64,000 nt of DNA, from contig OZ220709.1 in assembly GCA_965116665.1 (NCBI GenBank), forward strand, positions 2,516,062 to 2,580,061, written 5' to 3'. Both the position numbers and the translations under genes were made by a program. The notes under the pieces are model-generated. The model did not search any database. It saw only the letters and a list, made by a program, of their open reading frames with translations, and was not told the origin of the DNA. Shown in pieces: positions 47,246 to 55,736 of this stretch; the first letter of the stretch is position 1; each line of letters starts with the position of its first letter. The DNA comes from Acidimicrobiales bacterium (GTDB lineage: Bacteria; Actinomycetota; Acidimicrobiia; Acidimicrobiales; Aldehydirespiratoraceae).

Positions 47246-47536
47246 TCAGCCGCCGGCCACGTCGACACGTTCGACGAAGTCGCGGTCGCGGGCCGACAGA
47301 CCCCCGACGTCGTGGCTGGTGATGGCCAACTCGACCCGGTTGTAGACATTGGACCATTCCGGGTGGTGGAAGAGCCGCTCGGCGATGAGGGCCACATGGG
47401 TCATGAAGGCGAAGGCCGCCCTGAAGTCGGCGAACTGGTACGAGCGGCGCAGCACATCGCCGTCCCGCCTCCACTGCGGGTGGGCCTCGAGCAGGTCGGC
47501 GATCTCGGCGTCGTTCAGCAGGTCATCGTTGCTCAT
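47246..47536 (-). CDS. 4a-hydroxytetrahydrobiopterin dehydratase
   Basis: F.F.DF..AF.FM..VAL.AE...HHPEW.NVYN.V...L.THD pattern. Confidence 0.85.
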   Translation of the reverse strand: MSNDDLLNDAEIADLLEAHPQWRRDGDVLRRSYQFADFRAAFAFMTHVALIAERLFHHPEWSNVYNRVELAITSHDVGGLSARDRDFVERVDVAGG

Positions 47537-47545
47537 GGCCCGATG

Positions 47546-48337
47546 CTACGCCAGCAGGTCGGCGAAGGGATCCCCGAAGGGGTCGGTGAAGGGTGCGGCC
47601 TCGGGCCCGGGCCCCGCCGGGGTCCAGCGCTCGTAGCCCTCGGCCTCCAGCTCCTCGGCCAGTTCCGCCCCGCCGGACTCCTGTATGCGCCCTCCGGCGA
47701 AGACATGCACCGCGTCGGGCCTGAGATGGTCGAACACCCGGCTGGAGTGGGTGATGGCCAGCACCCCCAGCCCGTCATGCTCGGTGGCGTCCTCGATCCG
47801 GTCGCCCACGAATCGCAGGGCGTCGACGTCGAGGCCGGAGTCGAGCTCGTCGACCACCGCGAACGCGGGCTTCAGCACGCCGAGCTGCAGGGCCTCGTTG
47901 CGTTTGCGCTCGCCGCCCGACAGGTCGACGTTCACGGGCCGCGCCAGGAATTTCTCGTCGAAGCCGATCCGGTCGGCCTCCTCGCGCATCCGCTCGGCCA
48001 CCGCGGCTCCCTCGGCGGTGCACACCGACTCGGTCAGCATGTCGAGCAGCGACACGCCCGGAACCTCGGTCGGGTACTGCATGGCCAGGAACAGGCCGGC
48101 CTCGGCCCGACGCCACGCAGGCAGCTCCAGCAGCTCGGTGCCGTCGAGACGGACCGACCCCTCCGACACGTCGTAGCCGTGGCGACCGGCGATCACATGG
48201 GCCAGGGTCGACTTGCCCGAACCGTTGGGTCCCATCACCGCGTGAACCTCGCCCGCGGACACCTCCAGGTCGACGCCGGTCAGGATCTCCCGGCCGGCCA
48301 CCGAGGCCCGCAGTCCCTCGATGACAAGCGTGCTCAC
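47546..48337 (-). CDS. sufC: Fe-S assembly ATPase SufC (copy linked to sufB-sufD)
   Basis: GPNGSGKSTLAHVIAG, LSGGERKRNEALQ, VDELDSGLDVDAL. Confidence 0.9.
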   Translation of the reverse strand: MSTLVIEGLRASVAGREILTGVDLEVSAGEVHAVMGPNGSGKSTLAHVIAGRHGYDVSEGSVRLDGTELLELPAWRRAEAGLFLAMQYPTEVPGVSLLDMLTESVCTAEGAAVAERMREEADRIGFDEKFLARPVNVDLSGGERKRNEALQLGVLKPAFAVVDELDSGLDVDALRFVGDRIEDATEHDGLGVLAITHSSRVFDHLRPDAVHVFAGGRIQESGGAELAEELEAEGYERWTPAGPGPEAAPFTDPFGDPFADLLA

Positions 48338-48669
48338 GAAGCGCCCTCCGAGTCGTCACCGAGGCTCAGCACGACCCGGCCGTCCACGACGGAGACGTCA
48401 TAGGCGGGCACGGCCCGGGTAGCCGGAAGGGACAGAGGCTCACCCGTCTCGAGGTCGAACATGGCTCCATGGGCGACGCACTCGATGGCGCAGTCGTCGG
48501 GCTCCACCCAACCCTCCGACAGCGACACCTCGGCGTGGCTGCACGTGTCGCCGATGGCGTACACGTCGTCGCCGATGCGCACGACCGCGATGTCGCGGCC
48601 GGCCACCTCGACGCGCCGGGCCGAGTCGGGCGCCAGGTCGTCGAGGGAGAACAGATCGTGGGTCGTCAT
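48334..48669 (-). CDS. Rieske [2Fe-2S] ferredoxin-like protein
   Basis: CSH...(17)...CVAHG Rieske ligand pattern, lying between sufD and sufC. Confidence 0.85.
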   Translation of the reverse strand: MTTHDLFSLDDLAPDSARRVEVAGRDIAVVRIGDDVYAIGDTCSHAEVSLSEGWVEPDDCAIECVAHGAMFDLETGEPLSLPATRAVPAYDVSVVDGRVVLSLGDDSEGAS

Positions 48670-48714
48670 CTCGCTACTCCGGTCTCCGAGGGACTGCTCG
48701 GTCGTTCATCGTCC

Positions 48715-50004
48715 TCACACCGCCTGGCTCAACATCTGGTTGAGCTTCATGGACAGCGCCTGCCTGACTCCCTCCTCGACCGACTGGACGGGGAGCTCGT
48801 CGATCACCTCGTCGAAGAACCCGGCCACGATGAGGCGCTCGGCCACCGGGGTGGGGACCCCCCGGCTCTCCAGGTAGAAGACCTGGTCGGGGTCCACGGG
48901 CCCCACCGCGGAGGCGTGGCTGCACCGGACGTCGTTGTTCTCGATCTCCAGGTTCGGCACCGACTCGGCCCAGGCGTCCTCGCTGAGCTTCAGATTCCTG
49001 TTGGTCTGGAAGGCGTTGGTGCCCCTGGCGTCGGGCCTGACCCGGATGAGGCCGGTGTACACGCTGCGGGCCGAGTCGCCCACCGCGCCCTTGTAGAGCA
49101 GGTTGGACGTGGTGTCGGGGGCGGCGTGGTCCTGGTAGGTGCGGAAGTCGAGGATCTGATCACCGGCACCGAAGTAGACCGAGAGCAGGTCTCCGCTGGC
49201 TCCCCGCCCCACAAGGCGGGTGTCGGCCCGGGTGCGGGCATAGCCGCCTCCGAGTGCGACCGAGGCGGCCACCAGGGAGGCGTCGCGCTCAACCCGGGCG
49301 GTGTGGGCCGCGATCTGCCAGGCCCGCGGATCGTGCTGCTGCAGGTTCAGGTAGCCGAGCCGGCCTGCGGGGCCCACGTCCAGTTCCACCACCGGCACCA
49401 CCAGCGCCGGCCCGCCCGAGTGCTGAACATCGAGCACGGTCGCCTGCGCGCCGCGGCCCACCCGAACCACCAGCCGTGGGAAGCTGGCCGCGCCGGCCTC
49501 GCGGGCGTGATGACGCACCACGATCACCCCGTCGAGGACCGCTCCATCGGGCACGTCCACCACCAGAGGCACGGGGGTGAAGGCGTCGTTCAGCACGGTG
49601 AAGTAGTCCGACGCCGCGTCCGACACCGAGCCCAGCAACGCTTCCGCGCCGGCCGCCTCGGACAGCGGACCGACGAACGCGCCCGCAGCCGCGAGCCTGG
49701 CGGTCCCGTCGACCGCCACCACCTGACCGTCGACCACGTCCACGACTGCCGCGGCCGCGGTCTCGTCGCCGAGGCCGACGATGTCGCCGGCACGGGAGCC
49801 GGTGGTCGCCGCGGCGGCTCCGGCTCCGTTGGCGAGGCGGTAGGAGGCGAGATCGAAGTCGGCGATCGCGCTGTAGCGCCACTCCTCCGCGGCGTTCGTG
49901 GGAGGCTCCGCGGCCGCGAAGCGCTCGGCGGCTTGCGCCCGGCGCTCAGCCAGCCAGCGGGGGCCCGACAGGCTCCGGGCGGCGTCGACAGTGAACTGGT
50001 TCAT
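48715..50004 (-). CDS. sufD: Fe-S assembly protein SufD
   Basis: C-terminal ...L.F.TNR.L.LS..A...S.P.LEI..NDV.CSH...VG..D..Q.FYL.SRG pattern and position in the operon. Confidence 0.88.
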   Translation of the reverse strand: MNQFTVDAARSLSGPRWLAERRAQAAERFAAAEPPTNAAEEWRYSAIADFDLASYRLANGAGAAAATTGSRAGDIVGLGDETAAAAVVDVVDGQVVAVDGTARLAAAGAFVGPLSEAAGAEALLGSVSDAASDYFTVLNDAFTPVPLVVDVPDGAVLDGVIVVRHHAREAGAASFPRLVVRVGRGAQATVLDVQHSGGPALVVPVVELDVGPAGRLGYLNLQQHDPRAWQIAAHTARVERDASLVAASVALGGGYARTRADTRLVGRGASGDLLSVYFGAGDQILDFRTYQDHAAPDTTSNLLYKGAVGDSARSVYTGLIRVRPDARGTNAFQTNRNLKLSEDAWAESVPNLEIENNDVRCSHASAVGPVDPDQVFYLESRGVPTPVAERLIVAGFFDEVIDELPVQSVEEGVRQALSMKLNQMLSQAV

Positions 50005-50008
50005 GAAG

Positions 50009-50440
50009 TTATCGGCCGTCGCGATACCGCCTGCGGAACCGCTCGCCCAGCCCGCCTGAAGCAGGGCCGCCCTTGCCCTTGCCTCTGCCCTTGGACTTGC
50101 CGCCCTTGGCCCGGCTCCTCGAGCCCCGGCGCTTGCGCCGCTCGGCCTCCACGTCGGCTATCACATCGGGGGCGGCCGCGTTCACGATGTCCTCCGCCGC
50201 GTCGAGCAGCGCCCCGATGCTGTCGTCGCTGCCCAGGCTCTCGGGCTCCGGAGGGGTCTCAGGGGTGACGAGGGTGCCGTAACTCCAGTTGACGTCGGCC
50301 AGGCGACGGGTGTACTTGGGGCAGTCGTCGGGACAGCGCCACGGAGCTTCGGGGGCCAGGTCCAGGTCGCACTTGCGCACGGTCTCGCCGTTGGGGTAGG
50401 TGCGCGACTCGAAGTACTTGCAGTCCTGGCGCATCGGCAT
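50009..50440 (-). CDS. Hypothetical 4-Cys protein with a Lys/Arg/Gly-rich tail, inserted between sufB and sufD
   Basis: ATG follows GTGAGG. Third positions are GC-rich. Cys pattern C7-X16-C24-X12-C37-X3-C41. Tail is RRKRRGSRSRAKGGKSKGRGKGKGG. Confidence 0.55.
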   Translation of the reverse strand: MPMRQDCKYFESRTYPNGETVRKCDLDLAPEAPWRCPDDCPKYTRRLADVNWSYGTLVTPETPPEPESLGSDDSIGALLDAAEDIVNAAAPDVIADVEAERRKRRGSRSRAKGGKSKGRGKGKGGPASGGLGERFRRRYRDGR

Positions 50441-50495
50441 GCCTCACATTGTGGCATCCCGCCGACCCTTCGCGTCGCGGCCAGAGGGAGGAACG

Positions 50496-53120
50496 TCAGC
50501 CGACGCTGCCCTCCATCTGGAGTTCGATGAGGCGGCTCCACTCCACCGCGTACTCCATGGGCAGGGTACGGGTGACCGGCTCGATGAAGCCGTTGACGAT
50601 CAGGCCCATGGCCTGCTCCTCGGTGAGGCCCCGGCTCTGCAGGTAGAAGAGCTGGTCGTCGGCCACCTTGGACACGGTGGCCTCGTGGCCGATCACCGCG
50701 TCGCCCGAGCCGACCTCCATGTAGGGATAGGTGTCCGACACCGAGTCCTCGTCGAGGATCAGAGCGTCGCACTGCACATGGCTCTTGCAGCCATGGGCGT
50801 CGTCCTCGACCCGCACCAGGCCCCGGTAGGAGGTGCGACCGCCGCCCGAGGAGATCGACTTGGACACGATCTTCGAGGTGGTCTCAGGAGCGGCGTGGGT
50901 CATCTTGGCCCCGGTGTCCTGGTGCTGGCCCGGCCCGCCGTAGGCCACCGACAGCACCTCGCCCGACGCCTTCGGCCCCACCATCACCACCGCCGGGTAT
51001 TTCATCGTGAGCTTGGAGTTGTGGACGATGAAGCCCTCGGACACGAAGTTGCCGGTTCCTTCCACTTCGATGTCCCAGGTGGGCACAACCTCGGTGTCGG
51101 CGCCCACGTCGACGTCGCGGATCTCGACGCTGGACGGCAGCTCGATCTGCGACCGACCCACCCGCCGGAAGTGGCGGAGAGTCGGCTCGGGCTGGCGGGC
51201 TGCCGCATCGCGCAGTTCGGCCGACACAATCGACAACAGCCTCGGGTCGGCCGGGAACTCCAACCGGTGCGAGCCGCGGGCGGTGGCGGTGTAGTCGAGG
51301 ATCTGCACTCGCCGCTCGCCCTCGAACTCGGTTTGGAGTCGGGACGAGATGCCGAGGCTGGTGAGAACGTCGCCGACTCCTTCGAGCAGTTCGCGGTTGA
51401 CGGACTTGATGGAGAAGCCGCGCCTGCCTGCGGGGGCGCAGCCGTCGGAGTCCAGATAGCCGGCCACGAACGCCAGCCGCTGCGACTCGGGCAGGTCCAG
51501 CACCCAGGCCGGCACCCGCTTGCGGAGAGCGCCGGTCACGAAGCCGTTGCTCTCAAGCAGATCGGCCAGATCGACGCTGTTCCAGACCAGGGTCACTCCG
51601 TCGGCCCGCTCAGTCGGCTCAGTGGTTGGCATGATCCGGCCCATCACGTCGACGAGGCGTGCCCGAGCCCTGTCCGCGCTGGGCACGGAGAACACGACCT
51701 TGGCCCAGCGGTGCCCGCCCGAATCAGCTGCGACGGAGTCGATGGAGCCGTCCCCGGTGAACAGGCCGAACAGCCACATCATCTCGTCAGTGGTGGTCTC
51801 GCCCACCGCGAGCCGGTTCGGCCGCGGCCGCTCAGCGACGAATCCCTCGCTGTGCTGATTGCTGCTGGCGAACACCGACACCGTCTCGGGCAGCTCTAGC
51901 TTGTGGGGCTCGCCGTAGTCGAGGCTGGAGATGGGCACGATGGCCTTCTCCAGTTGGTCGGCCCGCACGTAAGCCAGGTTGTACCGGCCCAGCTTCTTGG
52001 GCCGCGAAGCGTCGTAGGCGTAGGAGTAGAACGGGTGGTTGTCGGTCACCCGCAGACGGCGGGACCCGACCCGAACGTCGCGCACCGGCTGCTCGCCGGA
52101 GAAGCGCTTGGCCGTGACCCGGCGCCAGCACAGCGACCCGGCGGCCTCGTCGTAGGACAGCACCTCGTCGCCGGGCATCACCAACTCGATCGGCTTGGTG
52201 CCGCCCGGAGTGGTCACACGTGAGCCCTCGGCCAGGCACCCGATGTTGCCGTCGATCCACTCCATGTGGCCCTCGGCCTCCACCCGGGCCCGCTTGGTGA
52301 CCAGGTTGTAGACGTTGTCGGACCAGTTCTGGATGGTGGTGTAGGTCACCCTGGCCGAGCGGCCCACCACGATCTCCACCACCGCGGAGTGCAGCGAGTC
52401 GGTGGAGTAGGTGGGCGCGGAGCAGCCCTCGATGTAGTGGACCTTGGAGCCCTCGTCGGCGATGATCAGCGTGCGCTCGAACTGGCCCATGTTCTCGGCG
52501 TTGATCCGGAAGTAGGCCTGCAGCGGCGCCTCCACCTCCACGCCGGGCGGCACGTAGATGAACGACCCGCCCGACCACACCGCGGAGTTGAGGGCCGAGA
52601 ACTTGTTGTCGTTGGGCGGGATGACCGTGCCGAAGTGCTTCTTGACCAGCTGCGGGTACTCCCGCAGGGCGGTGTCCATGTCGCTGAACAGCACTCCCTG
52701 GGCTTCGAGGTCCTCGCGGTTGCGGTGGTAGACGACCTCGCTCTCGTACTGGGCGGTCACGCCGGCCAGGTACTTGCGCTCGGCCTCGGGGATGCCGAGG
52801 CGCTCGTAGGTGTTCTTGATCGACTCGGGGACCATGTCCCAGTCGTTGGCCAGCGTGTCGGTCGGCTTGATGTAGTAGTAGATGTCGTCGAAGTTGATCC
52901 CGGTGGTGTCGCCGCCCCACGTCGGGCGGGGCCGGCGCTCGAAGCGGCGGTGCGACTTGAGGCGGAAGTCGAGCATCCACTGGGGCTCGCCCTTGAGCCA
53001 CGACATCTCGCTGATGATGTCGTCGTTGAGTCCCTTCTTGGGCTTGAAGACGTAGTCCTCCTCGTCGCTCCAGCCGAGCTGGTAGCGGCTGAGATCGACG
53101 CCGATGTCCGCAGTGGTCAT
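50496..53120 (-). CDS. sufB: Fe-S assembly protein SufB, interrupted by an intein
   Basis: Exteins match SufB (YRLGWSDEEDYVF, FYLQSRGL.EE.A). ATG at 53120 follows GGGAGA. The exteins total ~467 aa. Confidence 0.92.
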   Translation of the reverse strand: MTTADIGVDLSRYQLGWSDEEDYVFKPKKGLNDDIISEMSWLKGEPQWMLDFRLKSHRRFERRPRPTWGGDTTGINFDDIYYYIKPTDTLANDWDMVPESIKNTYERLGIPEAERKYLAGVTAQYESEVVYHRNREDLEAQGVLFSDMDTALREYPQLVKKHFGTVIPPNDNKFSALNSAVWSGGSFIYVPPGVEVEAPLQAYFRINAENMGQFERTLIIADEGSKVHYIEGCSAPTYSTDSLHSAVVEIVVGRSARVTYTTIQNWSDNVYNLVTKRARVEAEGHMEWIDGNIGCLAEGSRVTTPGGTKPIELVMPGDEVLSYDEAAGSLCWRRVTAKRFSGEQPVRDVRVGSRRLRVTDNHPFYSYAYDASRPKKLGRYNLAYVRADQLEKAIVPISSLDYGEPHKLELPETVSVFASSNQHSEGFVAERPRPNRLAVGETTTDEMMWLFGLFTGDGSIDSVAADSGGHRWAKVVFSVPSADRARARLVDVMGRIMPTTEPTERADGVTLVWNSVDLADLLESNGFVTGALRKRVPAWVLDLPESQRLAFVAGYLDSDGCAPAGRRGFSIKSVNRELLEGVGDVLTSLGISSRLQTEFEGERRVQILDYTATARGSHRLEFPADPRLLSIVSAELRDAAARQPEPTLRHFRRVGRSQIELPSSVEIRDVDVGADTEVVPTWDIEVEGTGNFVSEGFIVHNSKLTMKYPAVVMVGPKASGEVLSVAYGGPGQHQDTGAKMTHAAPETTSKIVSKSISSGGGRTSYRGLVRVEDDAHGCKSHVQCDALILDEDSVSDTYPYMEVGSGDAVIGHEATVSKVADDQLFYLQSRGLTEEQAMGLIVNGFIEPVTRTLPMEYAVEWSRLIELQMEGSVG
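51018..52238 (-). mobile_element. Intein (407 aa) with a LAGLIDADG homing-endonuclease domain inside SufB
   Basis: Starts GNIG|CLAEGSRV. Has a TxxH block (VTDNHPF). Two LAGLIDADG motifs (LFGLFTGDGSI, FVAGYLDSDGCA). Ends FIVHN|SKLT. Confidence 0.85.
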
Positions 53121-53175
53121 GCAGGTCTCCCGATGCGCTGGCGCTTGCATCCCAATCTACCGCGGGGAGCGGCGA

Positions 53176-53694
53176 TCAGTCGATACGGCGCTGCTCGGCC
53201 CGGTAGTTGTGGCCCCGCTGGGCGTAGATGTCGGCGTTCTGCTGGTTGTGACCGGGCTCGACCGCGTCCTCGCGGATCCGGGCCGGTGTTCCCAGCGCCA
53301 TGGCCCCCGGGGGCACCACGGTCCCGCCGGTCACGGTCGCATTGGCGCCCACCAGAGCGTGAGGGCCGATACGGGCGTCGTGCATCACCACCGAGCCGAC
53401 TCCGATGAGCGAGTCGTCGTGCACCGTGCATCCCTCGAGGTGAGCCTGGTGGCCGATGGTGCAGTCGTCGCCGACGATGGTGGGGTGCGACGGCGTGCAG
53501 TGGATGACCGCGCTGTCCTGGACATTGCTGCGGGCGCCGACACGGATCACGCCGTCGTCGCCCCGCAGCACCGCGTAGGGCCACACGGAGGCCTCCGGCC
53601 CCAACTCGACGTTTCCGATCACCACCGCCAGCGGGTGCACGTAGGCGGTGGGGTCGATCCGCGGCTCGCTGTCCCCCAATGCGTATATCGCCAT
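53176..53694 (-). CDS. Gamma-carbonic-anhydrase-like hexapeptide-repeat protein
   Basis: Left-handed beta-helix repeats with a typical N-terminus (P.I....YV.P.A.VIG.V.LG...S.WP.AVLRGD). Confidence 0.85.
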   Translation of the reverse strand: MAIYALGDSEPRIDPTAYVHPLAVVIGNVELGPEASVWPYAVLRGDDGVIRVGARSNVQDSAVIHCTPSHPTIVGDDCTIGHQAHLEGCTVHDDSLIGVGSVVMHDARIGPHALVGANATVTGGTVVPPGAMALGTPARIREDAVEPGHNQQNADIYAQRGHNYRAEQRRID

Positions 53695-54204
53695 TTAGAG
53701 ACCCGAGACCCGGCCGTAGCCGCCCTTGAGGAAGATGAGCGGACCCGACTCCGGTTCGCCGGCGGTGCCGAGGGCCACGACGCGGCCCACCACGATGTCG
53801 TGGTCGCCCGCGGTGTGCACCGCCTCGACACGGCAGTCGATCCAGGCCAGGCAGCCCTCGATGACCGGGGCTCCAGTGGCCTCGACCCGCGTGGCCAGAC
53901 CCTCGAAGCGGTCGTCGGTCTTGCTGGCGAACGTCGTGGACACATCGGCCTGGTGATCGCCGAGCACGTTCACGCAGAAGCTGCCCACTCCGCGCATCCG
54001 GACCCATGAGTCCGAGTCCTGGCTGGGACAGAACGACACCAGCGGCGGGTCCAGCGAGACGCTGGTGAACGATCCGATGGTCATGCCCTCGGGTCCGCCG
54101 GGACAGGCCGCGGTGACGACGGTGACACCGGTCGGGTAGTGGCCCAGCACCCGGCGGAACTCCTGACCGTTGATCGGTTCGTTTCCGTCGCTGCTGCTCA
54201 CCAT
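53695..54204 (-). CDS. Flavin reductase (HpaC/NADH:FMN oxidoreductase family)
   Basis: FRRVLGHYPTGVTVVT...GMT..SFTSVSLDPPLV.FC. ATG at 54204. Confidence 0.8.
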   Translation of the reverse strand: MVSSSDGNEPINGQEFRRVLGHYPTGVTVVTAACPGGPEGMTIGSFTSVSLDPPLVSFCPSQDSDSWVRMRGVGSFCVNVLGDHQADVSTTFASKTDDRFEGLATRVEATGAPVIEGCLAWIDCRVEAVHTAGDHDIVVGRVVALGTAGEPESGPLIFLKGGYGRVSGL

Positions 54205-54235
54205 CGCATCGCGAGGGTAACAGTGGCACAATCGC

Positions 54236-55693
54236 ATGATGAGTTCCGACCTCCCCTCGGCGCCGCCGCTGCCCGACGGGCTGGTGGCGGTGGTCAAGCG
54301 CGACTGCCCCACCTGCGAGCTGGTGGCGCCCGTGCTCAGCGACCTCCATGACCGGGCCGGGCTGACGGTGATAACCCAGGACGATCCGCTCTTCCCTGCC
54401 GACGCCGGCTGGGTGCATCACGACGCCGACCTGGCCCTGTCGTGGCACCACGGCATCGAGACGGTGCCCACCCTGCTGCGGGTGTCCGCGGGCGCGGAGC
54501 AGCAGCGCACCGTCGGCTGGTCGAGGGCCGAGTGGGAGCAGTTCACAGAACTGGACGGGTTGGGCGAGGGCCTGCCCGACTGGCGGCCGGGCTGCGGGTC
54601 GCTCAGCGTCGACCCCGCCCACGCGGATGAGCTTGCGGTGCGATTCTCGGGCTCGGGGCTGCGGAGCCGGCGGGTGGAACTAGCAGCCCTGGAAGACGAG
54701 TGGGAGTCGAGTTGGGACCGGGGCTGGTCAGACGGACTACCGGTGGTGCCCCCCACCGAGGCGAGGGTGCTGCGGATGCTGGAGGGCGCCACCCGGGACC
54801 CGTCCGATCTGGTCGCAGTCGTGCCGCCGGCCCTGGTGGAGTGCAGCGTCGAGAAGGTGGCCGTCAACGCGGTGATGGCCGGATGCGCGCCCGAGCACCT
54901 GCCGGTGGTGATCGCCGCGCTGGAGGCGGCCTGCACCGACGAGTTCAACATGCACGGCGTGCTGGCCACCACGATGAGTGTCGGGCCCGTGCTGGTGGTC
55001 AATGGACCGGTGGCCGAGCGCATCGGCATGAACAGCGGGCTCAACGCGCTGGGCCAGGGCAACCGGGCCAACTCGACCATCGGTCGGGCCCTTCAGCTGG
55101 TGGTGCGCAACGTCGGGGGCGGGCGACCCGGCGGCGTCGACCGGGCCACCTTCGGCTCGCCGGCCAAGGTGGGGTTCTGCTTCGCCGAGGACGGGGCCGG
55201 ATCACCGTGGACGTCGCTGGCCGAGAGCCGAGGCTGGCGGGCAGACCAGTCCACAGTCACGGTGTTCGCGGGCGAGTCGCCGCGGATCTTCGCCGACGAG
55301 CGCTCCCGCAGCCCCGAGTCGCTGACCAGGCACCTGGCCCAGGCGCTCCAGGCCACCGTGTCGCCCCGGATGATGCTGGGGGTGGACGCCATGCTGGTGC
55401 TGTCGCCCGAGCACATGGCCCGCTACGCCGACGCGGGCTGGAGCCGGGACCGGTTCATGGACGAGCTGTCCGCCGAGCTGCTGTGCGATGCCGACGAGTT
55501 GCTGGCCGGTGTCAGGGGCGTCGCCGCGGGCCTGCCGGCGGATGCCGCGGGCCAGAAGGTCCCCAAGTTCCGCCCCGGCGGGCTGCTGGTGGCCCATGCC
55601 GGCGGGAGGGCCGGACTGTTCTCAGCCATCATCGGCGGCTGGGCCAACGGCCCGCGGGGCAGCGACCCCGTCACCCGCGAGATCAAGCCGTAG
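54236..55693 (+). CDS. Thioredoxin-like (CPTC) N-terminal domain fused to a ~370-aa domain of unknown function
   Basis: VVKRDCPTCELVAPVL...TVPTLL thioredoxin-fold signature. I do not recognise the remainder. Confidence 0.65.
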   Translation: MMSSDLPSAPPLPDGLVAVVKRDCPTCELVAPVLSDLHDRAGLTVITQDDPLFPADAGWVHHDADLALSWHHGIETVPTLLRVSAGAEQQRTVGWSRAEWEQFTELDGLGEGLPDWRPGCGSLSVDPAHADELAVRFSGSGLRSRRVELAALEDEWESSWDRGWSDGLPVVPPTEARVLRMLEGATRDPSDLVAVVPPALVECSVEKVAVNAVMAGCAPEHLPVVIAALEAACTDEFNMHGVLATTMSVGPVLVVNGPVAERIGMNSGLNALGQGNRANSTIGRALQLVVRNVGGGRPGGVDRATFGSPAKVGFCFAEDGAGSPWTSLAESRGWRADQSTVTVFAGESPRIFADERSRSPESLTRHLAQALQATVSPRMMLGVDAMLVLSPEHMARYADAGWSRDRFMDELSAELLCDADELLAGVRGVAAGLPADAAGQKVPKFRPGGLLVAHAGGRAGLFSAIIGGWANGPRGSDPVTREIKP

Positions 55694-55736
55694 GACACCT
55701 GCTCGACTACCCTCGCCCTGGCAAGGAGGCCAGCTG

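Noticed and set aside
38237-48337. Two sufC genes as an assembly duplication
   Set aside because: The two copies differ substantially at both the protein and nucleotide level and sit in different operon contexts.
53117-54622. 501-aa minus-strand ORF spanning the gamma-CA, flavin reductase and thioredoxin-fusion genes
   Set aside because: Arg/Gly/Pro-rich shadow frame that overlaps three genes with clear family signatures.
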